IMG/VR virus record: IMGVR_UViG_3300051215_000059
DNA length: 64,000 bases
Reading direction: 5' to 3' (one strand)
Origin: a virus
Lineage: Duplodnaviria > Heunggongvirae > Uroviricota > Caudoviricetes
Below are positions 8,982-17,919 of the stretch, in pieces. The notes beneath the pieces were generated by a model. That model was not told the origin of the DNA and searched no databases. It saw only the letters and a list, made by a program, of their open reading frames with translations. Every line of letters begins with the position of its first letter. The stretch's first letter is position 1. The position numbers and the translations under genes are program-made.

Positions 8982-9700
8982 TGCCGATTGGCGTAATCTC
9001 TGCTATACCAGAAGAATATTCAAAACTATCTTGGGACACTGAACCAAGAACTGAAACAATCATCAACAAAATATTTCAATTTGGCACGATCAACGGCGTT
9101 GAAGTAATCGCGGCAGAATGTGGCATCGGCAAAGTAAACGCTGCCATGACAACTTCCTTACTGTTGGGTCATTACAATTGCGATGGTATCATTTTCAGTG
9201 GCGTTGCCGGCGGAATCAATCCGATACTTGATATTGGTCAAGTCATCATTGCGGACGAACTTATTCAGCATGATTATGGCACCATGTCAAAAAGCGTGTT
9301 TTTCAATGCTATCCCTGGTAGTTTTCCGGGTTACACAGAAGATGACAAGAACGTGTCATACAAAATGCCAACTGCAATGAAGAACACGATACGTCACCTT
9401 CTTGGTCCAGACCATGACGTTCACTTTGGAAAAGTCCTAACAGGTGACACGTATGTTGCTTGTAGCGTTACACGTGAACAACTAAGAAACAAATTTGGTG
9501 CAGATGCGGTTGAAATGGAAGGCGCAGCAATTGCGCAAGTGTGTTGTAACTGGAATAAGCCTTTCATCGTCATTCGTGTGTTGAGTGACTTGGCAGGAAA
9601 CACTTCGCATTTTGACTTTGATACATTTGTAGATGAAAGCAGCGAAAAAGCTGCAAGTTTGACACAAAAACTATTACCTATATTGGACGCTTGGCTATGA
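8981..9700 (+). CDS. mtnN: 5'-methylthioadenosine/S-adenosylhomocysteine nucleosidase
   Basis: PNP/UDP phosphorylase fold motifs GIGKVNAAMTTSLLL, FSGVAGGINP, AVEMEGAAIAQVC. Confidence 0.8.
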   Translation: MPIGVISAIPEEYSKLSWDTEPRTETIINKIFQFGTINGVEVIAAECGIGKVNAAMTTSLLLGHYNCDGIIFSGVAGGINPILDIGQVIIADELIQHDYGTMSKSVFFNAIPGSFPGYTEDDKNVSYKMPTAMKNTIRHLLGPDHDVHFGKVLTGDTYVACSVTREQLRNKFGADAVEMEGAAIAQVCCNWNKPFIVIRVLSDLAGNTSHFDFDTFVDESSEKAASLTQKLLPILDAWL

Positions 9701-10206
9701 TAGTATACACCACTTGTTACAGACGTGGGTTTGAACTGGTCACATCAAACGTGTGGGAAGTTACTGACGAAAGCGGGCATGTTGGTTACGTAAACACCTC
9801 CGTCTCGCCATATCAATCATGTGACCCACCAGAATATATTCAAACTTCTGCGACCGAAAACCCCGTAATTGCATTGCCAAAAAATGCAAAAGTAATAGAA
9901 AAAAGACTTGACACCAAAGCCGATTCTGTAGTATATTCAAATCCTGACGAACTAAAGTTCTACAAAGATAGAGTTGCAGAACTTGAAAGACAAATATCAT
10001 TGAAACCAAACACTGACGTTGAGTTAGTAGACAGATGGAGGTTGCAGTTTAGGTGGTATGGCTCTTGGGGAGAAATTTACCAAGAGTGGGGATTTGAAAC
10101 ACACAAGCAAGCCGAAAATAGACTAAAACACTGGGTCGATACGTTTGGAGAAAAGTTTGAAGACGTAAAGATCATTCCATACAAAATCAACAGAGAAGGA
10201 CTATAA
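9691..10206 (+). CDS. hypothetical protein
   Basis: 171 aa ORF in gene train. Confidence 0.5.
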   Translation: MAMIVYTTCYRRGFELVTSNVWEVTDESGHVGYVNTSVSPYQSCDPPEYIQTSATENPVIALPKNAKVIEKRLDTKADSVVYSNPDELKFYKDRVAELERQISLKPNTDVELVDRWRLQFRWYGSWGEIYQEWGFETHKQAENRLKHWVDTFGEKFEDVKIIPYKINREGL

Positions 10207-10207
10207 A

Positions 10208-10450
10208 ATGGGTAAGAAAGCATCTGGTAAGCATTACACTTCAAAGGGTGAGCGTATCGGTTCAATGAAGACAGCAACACGTGACCCTGCTGCACGAGTT
10301 ATGAACCAGCTAAAAGCATGGCAAGCTGGCAAGAACGTGGTGGTTACCATTGAAAACCCAAACAAGAATGAAACCAATAAGAAGTTCATTCGCGTGAACG
10401 CTCGTGACATTTACGGTGATCCCCGTAAGAAAACGGGCTTTATGATCTAA
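10208..10450 (+). CDS. hypothetical basic protein
   Basis: 80 aa, starts 2 nt after previous stop; followed by terminator. Confidence 0.5.
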   Translation: MGKKASGKHYTSKGERIGSMKTATRDPAARVMNQLKAWQAGKNVVVTIENPNKNETNKKFIRVNARDIYGDPRKKTGFMI

Positions 10451-10476
10451 TAAAAAAGCATTTGTTTTACCAACTC

Positions 10477-10504
10477 AACGCAGCCTTTATGGCTGCGTTT
10501 TTTG
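10477..10504 (+). terminator. rho-independent terminator
   Basis: AACGCAGCC-tttat-GGCTGCGTT followed by TTTTT. Confidence 0.7.
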
Positions 10505-10537
10505 ATAAATACATCAAATGGAAGTTGGAGACAATCA

Positions 10538-11401
10538 ATGAAAATGATGCAAATCATAACCGAAGGACTGAGTGATATACTGTATCACTCCACCAGTTTA
10601 TATAATGTTCTGAGTATTCTAAAAAATAATAAACTTCAACTGACTCCTGACCTTGGCACAAACGCAGAGGTAAAACTGCGAAAGAAAAACAGAATCTATT
10701 ACATGAGTTTTGCCAGAAGCAAAATGGGAGACTATCATCAACCAAGTCAGTATGCTGGAAACCTTGCACTGTTAGTATTTGATGGCAGACAACTAAAACA
10801 AGATGGCTATACTGGCAACCCAGTTGACTATTGGGGATGGGGCGACAAGGATGAAATGGAAGACCGTCTGTTTAGCAGAAAACCATACATTGAAGATGCC
10901 GCAAAATACGTAAAAGAAATACACGTATTCTATAAAAAAGAAGCAGATGACGAGTTCAAAGCAAAGAGCATAAGATGGCTACGAGCAGCTTATATTATGG
11001 CAAGAAAACTTGGAATTGAAATGTATGTCTATGACGATATTGAAGCATTCAAGCTATTGAACAAGTCTAAATCTGTAAGTATTTCAACATTGAAATATGA
11101 TACAAACCAGCAACAATTGAAACCATATTCTCGTCAATCAAAAAACTATTTTGCTCCGTATATGGAACTGTTATCGGTTACCGACCGTTCAAAACTCAGC
11201 AAAGACGCAAGACGCCTTCTATATAATATGGATGGATACTATAAGGATGACGCCAAGCGTTCACTAGCGGCAGATATTCATAACTCAAGAACCAGTTCTG
11301 GCCGACCACAGTTGGACAAGTTTTTAGCCAAGGTTGCATCCCTACGTCTTTCAAGTGTTGAGGAAATCGTGGATTACATAGAAAACAAATTCAAAGAATA
11401 A
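10538..11401 (+). CDS. hypothetical protein with DarT-like / H-Y-E ADP-ribosyltransferase-like N-terminal motifs
   Basis: ATG 10538 (MKMMQ); ILYHSTSLYNVLSIL resembles the DarT IYHITHIDNL..IL NAD-binding motif, followed by YYMSF; assignment speculative. Confidence 0.5.
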   Translation: MKMMQIITEGLSDILYHSTSLYNVLSILKNNKLQLTPDLGTNAEVKLRKKNRIYYMSFARSKMGDYHQPSQYAGNLALLVFDGRQLKQDGYTGNPVDYWGWGDKDEMEDRLFSRKPYIEDAAKYVKEIHVFYKKEADDEFKAKSIRWLRAAYIMARKLGIEMYVYDDIEAFKLLNKSKSVSISTLKYDTNQQQLKPYSRQSKNYFAPYMELLSVTDRSKLSKDARRLLYNMDGYYKDDAKRSLAADIHNSRTSSGRPQLDKFLAKVASLRLSSVEEIVDYIENKFKE

Positions 11402-11436
11402 TACGATAAATACTCATAGTTGTTGGGAGAGGCACT

Positions 11437-12435
11437 ATGAATTTTATTATTTCGTATCTTTTGAGATACGTTTTCCAAGCGTGGCTGATTTCAAAATTGG
11501 CCAAATATATAAGAAAAACAATCGTAAACAAATACAAATTGGACGAACACTTTGTCCAAAACACAGAACGCTTTGCGGAAATTGATTGGGCCAATATTCG
11601 CTGGTTCGCAGTTCTTGCCGCATATGCATATAAAATAAACGATGATGTGATACGAAAAAAGTATGAAACATTTTCGGACATTTACATTCATGAAATAAAC
11701 CAAGTAAAATATATAGTCCTAAAAGACGTAGCGAATAAGAAGTATTACATTTCTATTCGTGGAACAACCAATTCCCACAATGCACTACAAGACATAAACT
11801 TTCTCAAGGACAAAAGTTTTCGTTTGGGAATACATCTGCACACAGGCTTTCACAGAACAGCAGAACTTATTGCAGATGACCTACTAAACCGTTTGGACAA
11901 AACATACAGTATATATCTAACTGGTCATAGTCTTGGTGCTGCACAAGCAGTTATTGTGGCATGGTATTTAGATTACAGTAACTTCAATATAGCCGAGTGC
12001 ATCACCTTCGGTCAGCCAAAGATTACAGATTCAATTGGAACTCGTGTGATGAGAGGAAAGATAAAACTTACTCGTATCGTCAACGAAACTGATATTGTGT
12101 CCATGGTTCCGCCAACTGGAACACATAGAAATAGATATGCACACCTTGGCACATTGATAAAGCTACTTGAAAGAGGCAAATACTGTTATTTGGATGAACC
12201 AGACAGCATGAACTATGGCGTGAATAGCTTTTGGTTATTTGCGGCAGAAGAAAGTTTGTCTTTTTATGAAATAGGAAAAGAACTACCAGACCATTACATG
12301 ACAAGTTACATTTCAAATATTGATTCAATCTTAGAAGATGGAAAAGAAGTGCTGTGGAAAGACCGAATGATGTATCTATCAGACAATAGTATATCTGGGG
12401 AACTGAAAAAAGTTACAGAAATGGAGATTGAATAA
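11437..12435 (+). CDS. class 3 (fungal-type) lipase family alpha/beta hydrolase with N-terminal TM anchor
   Basis: nucleophile elbow LTGHSLGAAQA (GHSLG), ISIRGT motif, hydrophobic N-terminus. Confidence 0.75.
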   Translation: MNFIISYLLRYVFQAWLISKLAKYIRKTIVNKYKLDEHFVQNTERFAEIDWANIRWFAVLAAYAYKINDDVIRKKYETFSDIYIHEINQVKYIVLKDVANKKYYISIRGTTNSHNALQDINFLKDKSFRLGIHLHTGFHRTAELIADDLLNRLDKTYSIYLTGHSLGAAQAVIVAWYLDYSNFNIAECITFGQPKITDSIGTRVMRGKIKLTRIVNETDIVSMVPPTGTHRNRYAHLGTLIKLLERGKYCYLDEPDSMNYGVNSFWLFAAEESLSFYEIGKELPDHYMTSYISNIDSILEDGKEVLWKDRMMYLSDNSISGELKKVTEMEIE

Positions 12436-12848
12436 TGTATGAATATAGATGTGTAGTGATTGAAGTCATAGATGGCGACACGGTAGAAGTAGATATTGAC
12501 TTGGGTTTTGGAGTATGGATGCGCTCAGAGCATATCCGTATTCAAGGTGTAGACACACCAGAAAGTAAAACAACAAACAAAGAAGAAAAAGTATTTGGAT
12601 TGCTGGCAAAGAAACATGTGGAAGGTTTACTTCCCGTTGGAAAAGAGTGCACACTGATGTCAATGGAGTTCAGAGGAAAATTTGGTAGAATTTTGGGTGA
12701 CATAAAAGTGGACGGTGTAACTCTGAGTGAATCGCTAATTTCTAATCATTTGGCCGTTCCCTACAATGGAGAGAACAAAAAACTGGTGACTGACGCCCAT
12801 CTTGCTAATAGAAAAATCCTCATAGAACAGGGTAAAGTGACACTATAA
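12435..12848 (+). CDS. thermonuclease (SNase-like) family nuclease
   Basis: VIDGDTVEVDID...IRIQGVDTPES matches staphylococcal nuclease fold signature. Confidence 0.7.
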   Translation: MYEYRCVVIEVIDGDTVEVDIDLGFGVWMRSEHIRIQGVDTPESKTTNKEEKVFGLLAKKHVEGLLPVGKECTLMSMEFRGKFGRILGDIKVDGVTLSESLISNHLAVPYNGENKKLVTDAHLANRKILIEQGKVTL

Positions 12849-12926
12849 TTCAAGTTTTTTATAAATAATATAAGTTGTCAGATATAAGGCAACCAGCGAA
12901 AATGGACTAACTCTCAGGAATAATAA

Positions 12927-12955
12927 AGCCCTACATTACTGTAGGGCTTTTTTTA
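12927..12955. terminator. bidirectional rho-independent terminator between convergent genes
   Basis: AGCCCTACA-ttac-TGTAGGGCT followed by TTTTTTT on + and A/T-rich on -. Confidence 0.7.
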
Positions 12956-13687
12956 TTGTTCATGCTTTACGTATTCATATTTCGGAGTCGTTCTCAATCG
13001 TCTGTCTTTGTGAGCAATGATGACAGTCTTCCAACCTTTTTCATTCATCGAGTTTATACCATTTCGGTTTTGAGAATCACGAAGAATGAAAGATGTTCCA
13101 TCCTTTGTCATAATCTCAACCATGTCCATTGGATCATGGCGAGTGTCCAAATAGTCATATGCGTTATCAATAGCTTCTTCTGGCGTAGAAACTTCTTCAC
13201 CTCTTGCCTCATTCACTTGTGTATCATCCGAGCTAACTATTGAATCGTAATCATTCATAGTCAATGGTTTTGATCGTGACAGTTCTATCATTTTCTCCGC
13301 AACTGTATGCAAATCCATATCATCTTTAGCGTCTTCTCTTGCATATTCCATAATACGAATAATAAGAGGAACGTCCATTGTGACCATATCAGTCTTGTCG
13401 CCACCTTCGTCTGATTCACGTAGGGATTGCCCATCCATGTAATTTGCTACATTTTCAATGTAATCACTTGCAAGAGTAATCTTGCTTGCAATCCATCCAT
13501 CAATGCCTTCTTCTTCTGTGGTATTGGACAAGTGCTTTGCAATACGTGTTGCATTTTTTACGGTTGACAACAGTTGACCTTTGGCCATTCCAACTTCATG
13601 GTCTGGTTCCTTTTCATCATCGTTCTCTCTAATGGATATACTTTCAATCAGGCGCTTCCATTTCAGTATGTCTGCATTGTTTTTCAT
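12953..13687 (-). CDS. hypothetical acidic protein (only minus-strand gene in window)
   Basis: 244-aa ORF on - strand flanked by a convergent terminator and a divergent promoter region; + strand has no competing ORF except a 95-aa shadow. Confidence 0.6.
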   Translation of the reverse strand: MKNNADILKWKRLIESISIRENDDEKEPDHEVGMAKGQLLSTVKNATRIAKHLSNTTEEEGIDGWIASKITLASDYIENVANYMDGQSLRESDEGGDKTDMVTMDVPLIIRIMEYAREDAKDDMDLHTVAEKMIELSRSKPLTMNDYDSIVSSDDTQVNEARGEEVSTPEEAIDNAYDYLDTRHDPMDMVEIMTKDGTSFILRDSQNRNGINSMNEKGWKTVIIAHKDRRLRTTPKYEYVKHEQ

Positions 13688-13709
13688 TGAGAAATCCTTT
13701 CAACTGTTC

Positions 13710-13738
13710 TTGACATACATGTATTTATCTGCTACTAT
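13710..13738 (+). promoter_or_regulatory. sigma70-like promoter TTGACA-17-TACTAT
   Basis: TTGACA 13710-13715, spacer 17, TACTAT 13733-13738; divergent from minus-strand gene. Confidence 0.5.
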
Positions 13739-13779
13739 GAAAAACATAGAATCAACATTGACACTCAACGAGGAAGAAA

Positions 13780-14040
13780 ATGACTGCCACTAATACCCAT
13801 GAATTTGAGTTTGTGTTCACAAATCGTGAACAGTTTTATGCGGTTGTAAACACTCTAAACAAGGAATGCGGAAAGGGCAAGTGGACTATTCGCGGTAGGG
13901 TTTTGAAAAGCCTGAAGCGGTCAGAACAATACACTTGGCTTTCCTCAAACACTGCCATTCGTAAAGTGGTAGTGGTTCCGAAGGAGAACGCAGACGTAGA
14001 AGCGTTTCTACGGTTTGTTCACTCACCAGACCTAAAGTAA
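13780..14040 (+). CDS. hypothetical protein
   Basis: RBS AGGAAGAAA before ATG. Confidence 0.55.
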   Translation: MTATNTHEFEFVFTNREQFYAVVNTLNKECGKGKWTIRGRVLKSLKRSEQYTWLSSNTAIRKVVVVPKENADVEAFLRFVHSPDLK

Positions 14041-14047
14041 GGAACAG

Positions 14048-14290
14048 ATGCAAATAACAACGTCACAGTTGGCAAGACTTGCCAAAGAAGCTGAGATCAC
14101 AGACCCTATTGAATGGGGTGAACTCACTATACAAGAAGATGTCGCCTACGAAATGATGGCGGCATCTGTTATCGAAATGATGACTAAGTTGAAAGACGAC
14201 GAAAAAGAAGTCGTCGCTATGGCATCTATTGTCAAGCTGTTGGTTGAAAACTTTGTTCTCAACTTAAAGCAAGGAACAGCATTGATGTGA
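14048..14290 (+). CDS. hypothetical protein
   Basis: RBS AAGGAACAG before ATG. Confidence 0.55.
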   Translation: MQITTSQLARLAKEAEITDPIEWGELTIQEDVAYEMMAASVIEMMTKLKDDEKEVVAMASIVKLLVENFVLNLKQGTALM

Positions 14291-14613
14291 TAGAGCAACT
14301 AAAACAATATGTGTGGAGACACGATGGTCAAATTTGGGCCAGACGTGCTATACTCAAAGGTTCCATACCAGACGATTTCACTAGAAACTACTCAATGAGT
14401 GGTATGGTTTCTGAAATCAAAATGAACGCCGCAAGGCAGTGTGCTATGTATATATTTGAACATAGTCCACAATACGATTTACTAAAAGACTACGTTGACG
14501 AGAACACACAGGCAAATGTGTTCTACGATGCTGCAACAATGGATTTGAAATTTACGATTTCCATGATAATACCAGATGACGTATACGCACACTACCTGTT
14601 TATGAAAGGATAA
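14287..14613 (+). CDS. hypothetical protein
   Basis: ATGA-type overlap. Confidence 0.5.
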   Translation: MIEQLKQYVWRHDGQIWARRAILKGSIPDDFTRNYSMSGMVSEIKMNAARQCAMYIFEHSPQYDLLKDYVDENTQANVFYDAATMDLKFTISMIIPDDVYAHYLFMKG

Positions 14614-14616
14614 CCG

Positions 14617-15369
14617 ATGCAAACACTAAGCGTTCTGTTTGAAGATTACGAAAAGTCTAAAGAGATAGAATCAAGAATCAAAACATACCCAGTTGACCCG
14701 CTTGCATTGGCAATTCATTGGCTTGATGGGAATCTGCCGCAACCATCTTCATTGGTTGGACATGCTCCATTTGACATCGCGACAGCATTGATGAATCAGG
14801 CAGATATGTCTCCCTCTGCTTATATGGTTTCAGAATCATCACTTCAAAAAGCACAAGAAATTCGTGACTTTTATAAACAAAAGTATGCCTACGCACTCAT
14901 GATGGACGAAGACCAGCTTTCACCATTTCAGACTGCGTTGGTAAAGTTCTTGTCATCAAATAATCCAAACTCATTGAATTTGGATAATGTTGGCATGGTT
15001 ATTTCTCTGCCAAGTATGTATGAAGAAGACCACAAGATATTTGAACTCATGAAAGAGTTTGTGGACATTCCATTGCCCAATGATGACAAAAGAAAAGCGG
15101 GCGATTATTACAAGGGTAAACTTACTTTCTCAAATAAAAGGACTACTAAGTTTTTGAACTCTGCTGCGAAGCATGATTATTGGTTCAAAAATAGCAAAGG
15201 TCATTTGTTCCGTATGTTATTGCCAATGCATACGATGGAACAAAAACTGATGGACAAAGTTCTTGACCTGAATAATAACACAATTGATTTTGAGGGAACG
15301 GTTTATGTCAAACGGCTGTTTGGCAATAATTTTTACTACGCCCATATATTCGGCAGATACAACATATGA
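14617..15369 (+). CDS. hypothetical protein
   Basis: 250 aa ORF, RBS AAAGGATAA. Confidence 0.55.
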   Translation: MQTLSVLFEDYEKSKEIESRIKTYPVDPLALAIHWLDGNLPQPSSLVGHAPFDIATALMNQADMSPSAYMVSESSLQKAQEIRDFYKQKYAYALMMDEDQLSPFQTALVKFLSSNNPNSLNLDNVGMVISLPSMYEEDHKIFELMKEFVDIPLPNDDKRKAGDYYKGKLTFSNKRTTKFLNSAAKHDYWFKNSKGHLFRMLLPMHTMEQKLMDKVLDLNNNTIDFEGTVYVKRLFGNNFYYAHIFGRYNI

Positions 15370-16226
15370 TGACCACACATTTAGACATCTATCAGTTACT
15401 TGATAGATTTGAACTTCTTTTTCCAGATAACAAAAATCTATCAGACCTTCGTAGGGCATATATAGATAAAGATTTGAATAGTATATTTCGTCTATTATCT
15501 TCTGGTATTGACTCGGAAGAGTTGAGGAAAATAATTCTGGAAGAAAACTACTGGTCATTGTGGAAGATACTACTAGATAGCACCAACAGTCAGTTTGTAT
15601 CGGCCTTCAAGAATTTCTATGTAAACAAAATAGAATTTGATGATGATTGCTTTAGTAGAGGGCAACTTGAATCGAAACTCTGGTTGGTCGGAATTGTCCG
15701 AGATTTGAACATTCCACTGGGAACTGTGTATCTTTGCGCTGGATGGTATGGAACGTTGGCCACCCTGTTATTTGAAAGATGTTCTTCTATTGGAAACATA
15801 CGCAGTTTTGATATTGACCCAAGCTGCGTTCCAATTGCGGAAATCTTCAATAAAAACTGGATGATTGATAACTGGAAGTTCAAATCGTTGGTGCAAGATA
15901 TCAACGAGATTAATTTTGAAACCCATTCGTGGCAAGTATGGAGCAACAAAAACAACCGTTATAGTCATCCTATAACAGAAACACCAAATACGATAATCAA
16001 CACATCGTGCGAACATATTGGCAATTTTGATGAATGGTATGCAAAGATACCGTCTGGAAAACTTGTCATACTACAAAGTAACGACTACTTTGAAGTAAAG
16101 GAACACGTCAATTGCTCAAAAGATTTGGATGCATTTGTGGCTCAAACTCCAATGCGAACCGAACTGTATTCGGGCGAATTGCTACTACCAAAATACAAAA
16201 GATTTATGAGGATTGGATACAAATGA
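15366..16226 (+). CDS. hypothetical protein, possible SAM-dependent methyltransferase fold
   Basis: VYLCAGWYGT...SFDIDP resembles MTase motif I plus post-I acidic residue; weak. Confidence 0.4.
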   Translation: MMTTHLDIYQLLDRFELLFPDNKNLSDLRRAYIDKDLNSIFRLLSSGIDSEELRKIILEENYWSLWKILLDSTNSQFVSAFKNFYVNKIEFDDDCFSRGQLESKLWLVGIVRDLNIPLGTVYLCAGWYGTLATLLFERCSSIGNIRSFDIDPSCVPIAEIFNKNWMIDNWKFKSLVQDINEINFETHSWQVWSNKNNRYSHPITETPNTIINTSCEHIGNFDEWYAKIPSGKLVILQSNDYFEVKEHVNCSKDLDAFVAQTPMRTELYSGELLLPKYKRFMRIGYK

Positions 16227-16480
16227 CACAAGAAGAAAAAGATGCATTGGCAGAACGTCTCAAGTCAGAAGAAGTAACTGTGAAGTTCAAGAAAGTTTCT
16301 GGTGAAGAACGCACCATGAAATGCACTCTGCAAGAGAGTGTCATTCCGCCAGCAACTAAAGAAGACCCACTATCACAAAAGAAAATAAGGGCAGTAAGTC
16401 CAGAAGTATGTAGCGTGTGGGATACTGAAGCAAAAGGTTGGCGCTCATTCCGTTGGGAAAATGTTATTTCCATAGAATAA
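16223..16480 (+). CDS. hypothetical protein
   Basis: internal ATG 16223 with ATGA overlap; ORF-track frame 16112-16480. Confidence 0.45.
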   Translation: MTQEEKDALAERLKSEEVTVKFKKVSGEERTMKCTLQESVIPPATKEDPLSQKKIRAVSPEVCSVWDTEAKGWRSFRWENVISIE

Positions 16481-16491
16481 ACTTGACTTCA

Positions 16492-16536
16492 TTCTCCATC
16501 TGATGTAACTTACAAAAGTAGGAATCAGATGGAGAA
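16492..16536 (+). promoter_or_regulatory. 13-bp inverted repeat hairpin sequestering the RBS of the 16541 gene
   Basis: TTCTCCATCTGAT (16492-16504) pairs with ATCAGATGGAGAA (16524-16536); GGAG RBS 16531-16534 lies in the 3' arm, ATG at 16541. Confidence 0.45.
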
Positions 16537-16540
16537 CTAA

Positions 16541-16990
16541 ATGACAAAGTTTCCAACACGTATCAAAGTTCTTCAACTTGAGTTTTGGATGAAGATAAGT
16601 GATGATAACTTTGATGACAGAACGCCAGATGACAACTCATTTATAGGTCCAGCTATCATTGGCAAGGATGCGTGGTATTATGATGGCACTGGAGTTTCTT
16701 GGTTTGAGTATAAAGGAAACTCTTATGCCACCAAAGGTCTGGCAGAATCATTCAAATATGCGTTAGAATTGTTTGATACTGCTCTGCTCACAAATGAGCA
16801 AGAGAAATCTTTGCGGGCGATGGCATACTCATTGCCAAAATCTCAATCTTCCCTAATCAAAACAATTCAAACCACTTTGCAAAAAAACTATCGGGCAAAA
16901 TCCTTGCGCGAGGTAGGTCGCAGATCGCAACTAGATTTACTTCTGTTTCGTAAAAAACAAAAAATGAAAAAGAATAAGTTGACAAACTGA
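16541..16990 (+). CDS. hypothetical protein
   Basis: 149-aa ORF. Confidence 0.5.
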   Translation: MTKFPTRIKVLQLEFWMKISDDNFDDRTPDDNSFIGPAIIGKDAWYYDGTGVSWFEYKGNSYATKGLAESFKYALELFDTALLTNEQEKSLRAMAYSLPKSQSSLIKTIQTTLQKNYRAKSLREVGRRSQLDLLLFRKKQKMKKNKLTN

Positions 16991-17007
16991 ACGAATCAAT
17001 ATAGATT
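16979..17007 (+). promoter_or_regulatory. sigma70-like promoter TTGACA-17-TAGATT with GAACGAATC box
   Basis: TTGACAAACTGAACGAATCA identical over 20 nt to promoter at 17233. Confidence 0.5.
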
Positions 17008-17034
17008 GAACGGGTAAGGAAAAGGAAACCAAGC

Positions 17035-17229
17035 ATGACAATGTGGAAACCGATTGAAACGTTTGATTACAAAAAGTATCTTTACGTTGATGTTCTTGTT
17101 CGTGGGCAAGACGGTGTAGCAGTCGCAGCGTGGGACGACGAAGAAAATGCTTTCATTTCTGACCTTCGTGGTAAAGGTAATGGACAGACTGTTTATGGTC
17201 CCGTTGCATGGATGGAAATTCCAAAGTAA
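17035..17229 (+). CDS. hypothetical protein
   Basis: RBS AAGGAAAAGGAAACC before ATG. Confidence 0.5.
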   Translation: MTMWKPIETFDYKKYLYVDVLVRGQDGVAVAAWDDEENAFISDLRGKGNGQTVYGPVAWMEIPK

Positions 17230-17232
17230 CGA

Positions 17233-17261
17233 TTGACAAACTGAACGAATCACGCTATAAG
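17233..17261 (+). promoter_or_regulatory. sigma70-like promoter TTGACA-17-TATAAG with GAACGAATC box
   Basis: TTGACA 17233-17238, spacer AACTGAACGAATCACGC, TATAAG 17256-17261. Confidence 0.55.
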
Positions 17262-17288
17262 AATAGAGTAGTCAGCAAGGAGAGAGAA

Positions 17289-17603
17289 ATGACTGTCAAC
17301 GCCACTGAAACCGCCAAGAAAATCCTTGACACTGCCAAAGAACTTGGTTGGGACGTTACTGTCCGTGGTTCCATTCTGACCATCTACAAAGAAGGCATCA
17401 ATGACCGCGAAGCCTTCTGCCGCGCTGATATGGAATATTACAGCATCCTTGGACTTCTTCCTTCCACTTCGGCTGGTTCTATTTGGGGGACTGATGGTGG
17501 TGGCATCGGTGCTATGTCTGCAATGTCCAGCCGAGTTTTCAAAATGAACAAGTCGGGTGGTTCTAAACGTGTCCTCAATGCTCTGAAAAAGATGGGTGCC
17601 TAA
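17289..17603 (+). CDS. hypothetical protein
   Basis: AAGGAGAGAGAA RBS then ATG 17289. Confidence 0.55.
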   Translation: MTVNATETAKKILDTAKELGWDVTVRGSILTIYKEGINDREAFCRADMEYYSILGLLPSTSAGSIWGTDGGGIGAMSAMSSRVFKMNKSGGSKRVLNALKKMGA

Positions 17604-17604
17604 T

Positions 17605-17760
17605 ATGGAAAAGTTTCTTATCAATGTAGCCTCTGGTCTGATCAACGTTGGTATCGCTATCGGTGTTGTATATCTTTTGGGTTGGCTGCTAAACCAAGAT
17701 GTGGATTCCATTGTTGGGTGGGTCGCCCTTGGCATGGCTGCTGGCAGTAATCGGTCGTAA
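17605..17760 (+). CDS. small membrane protein (51 aa)
   Basis: TAATATG start; one TM helix LINVGIAIGVVYLLGWLL; below ORF-track cutoff. Confidence 0.35.
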   Translation: MEKFLINVASGLINVGIAIGVVYLLGWLLNQDVDSIVGWVALGMAAGSNRS

Positions 17761-17763
17761 TCA

Positions 17764-17919
17764 ATGAACGACAACCTATATAAGTTGGTCTTCTTTCTTC
17801 TATTTGCAGAAAAGCAAGACGACAAAATGATGTTTGGTGGACACTCTATCAACGAAGTAGTTGATGCTCTTGCAGAGATTATGAAAGTTCCACCTGACAA
17901 GCTAAGAGAGTTAGCATAA
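17764..17919 (+). CDS. small hypothetical protein (51 aa)
   Basis: fills gap, ends with TAATG overlap onto 17919 gene. Confidence 0.3.
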   Translation: MNDNLYKLVFFLLFAEKQDDKMMFGGHSINEVVDALAEIMKVPPDKLRELA

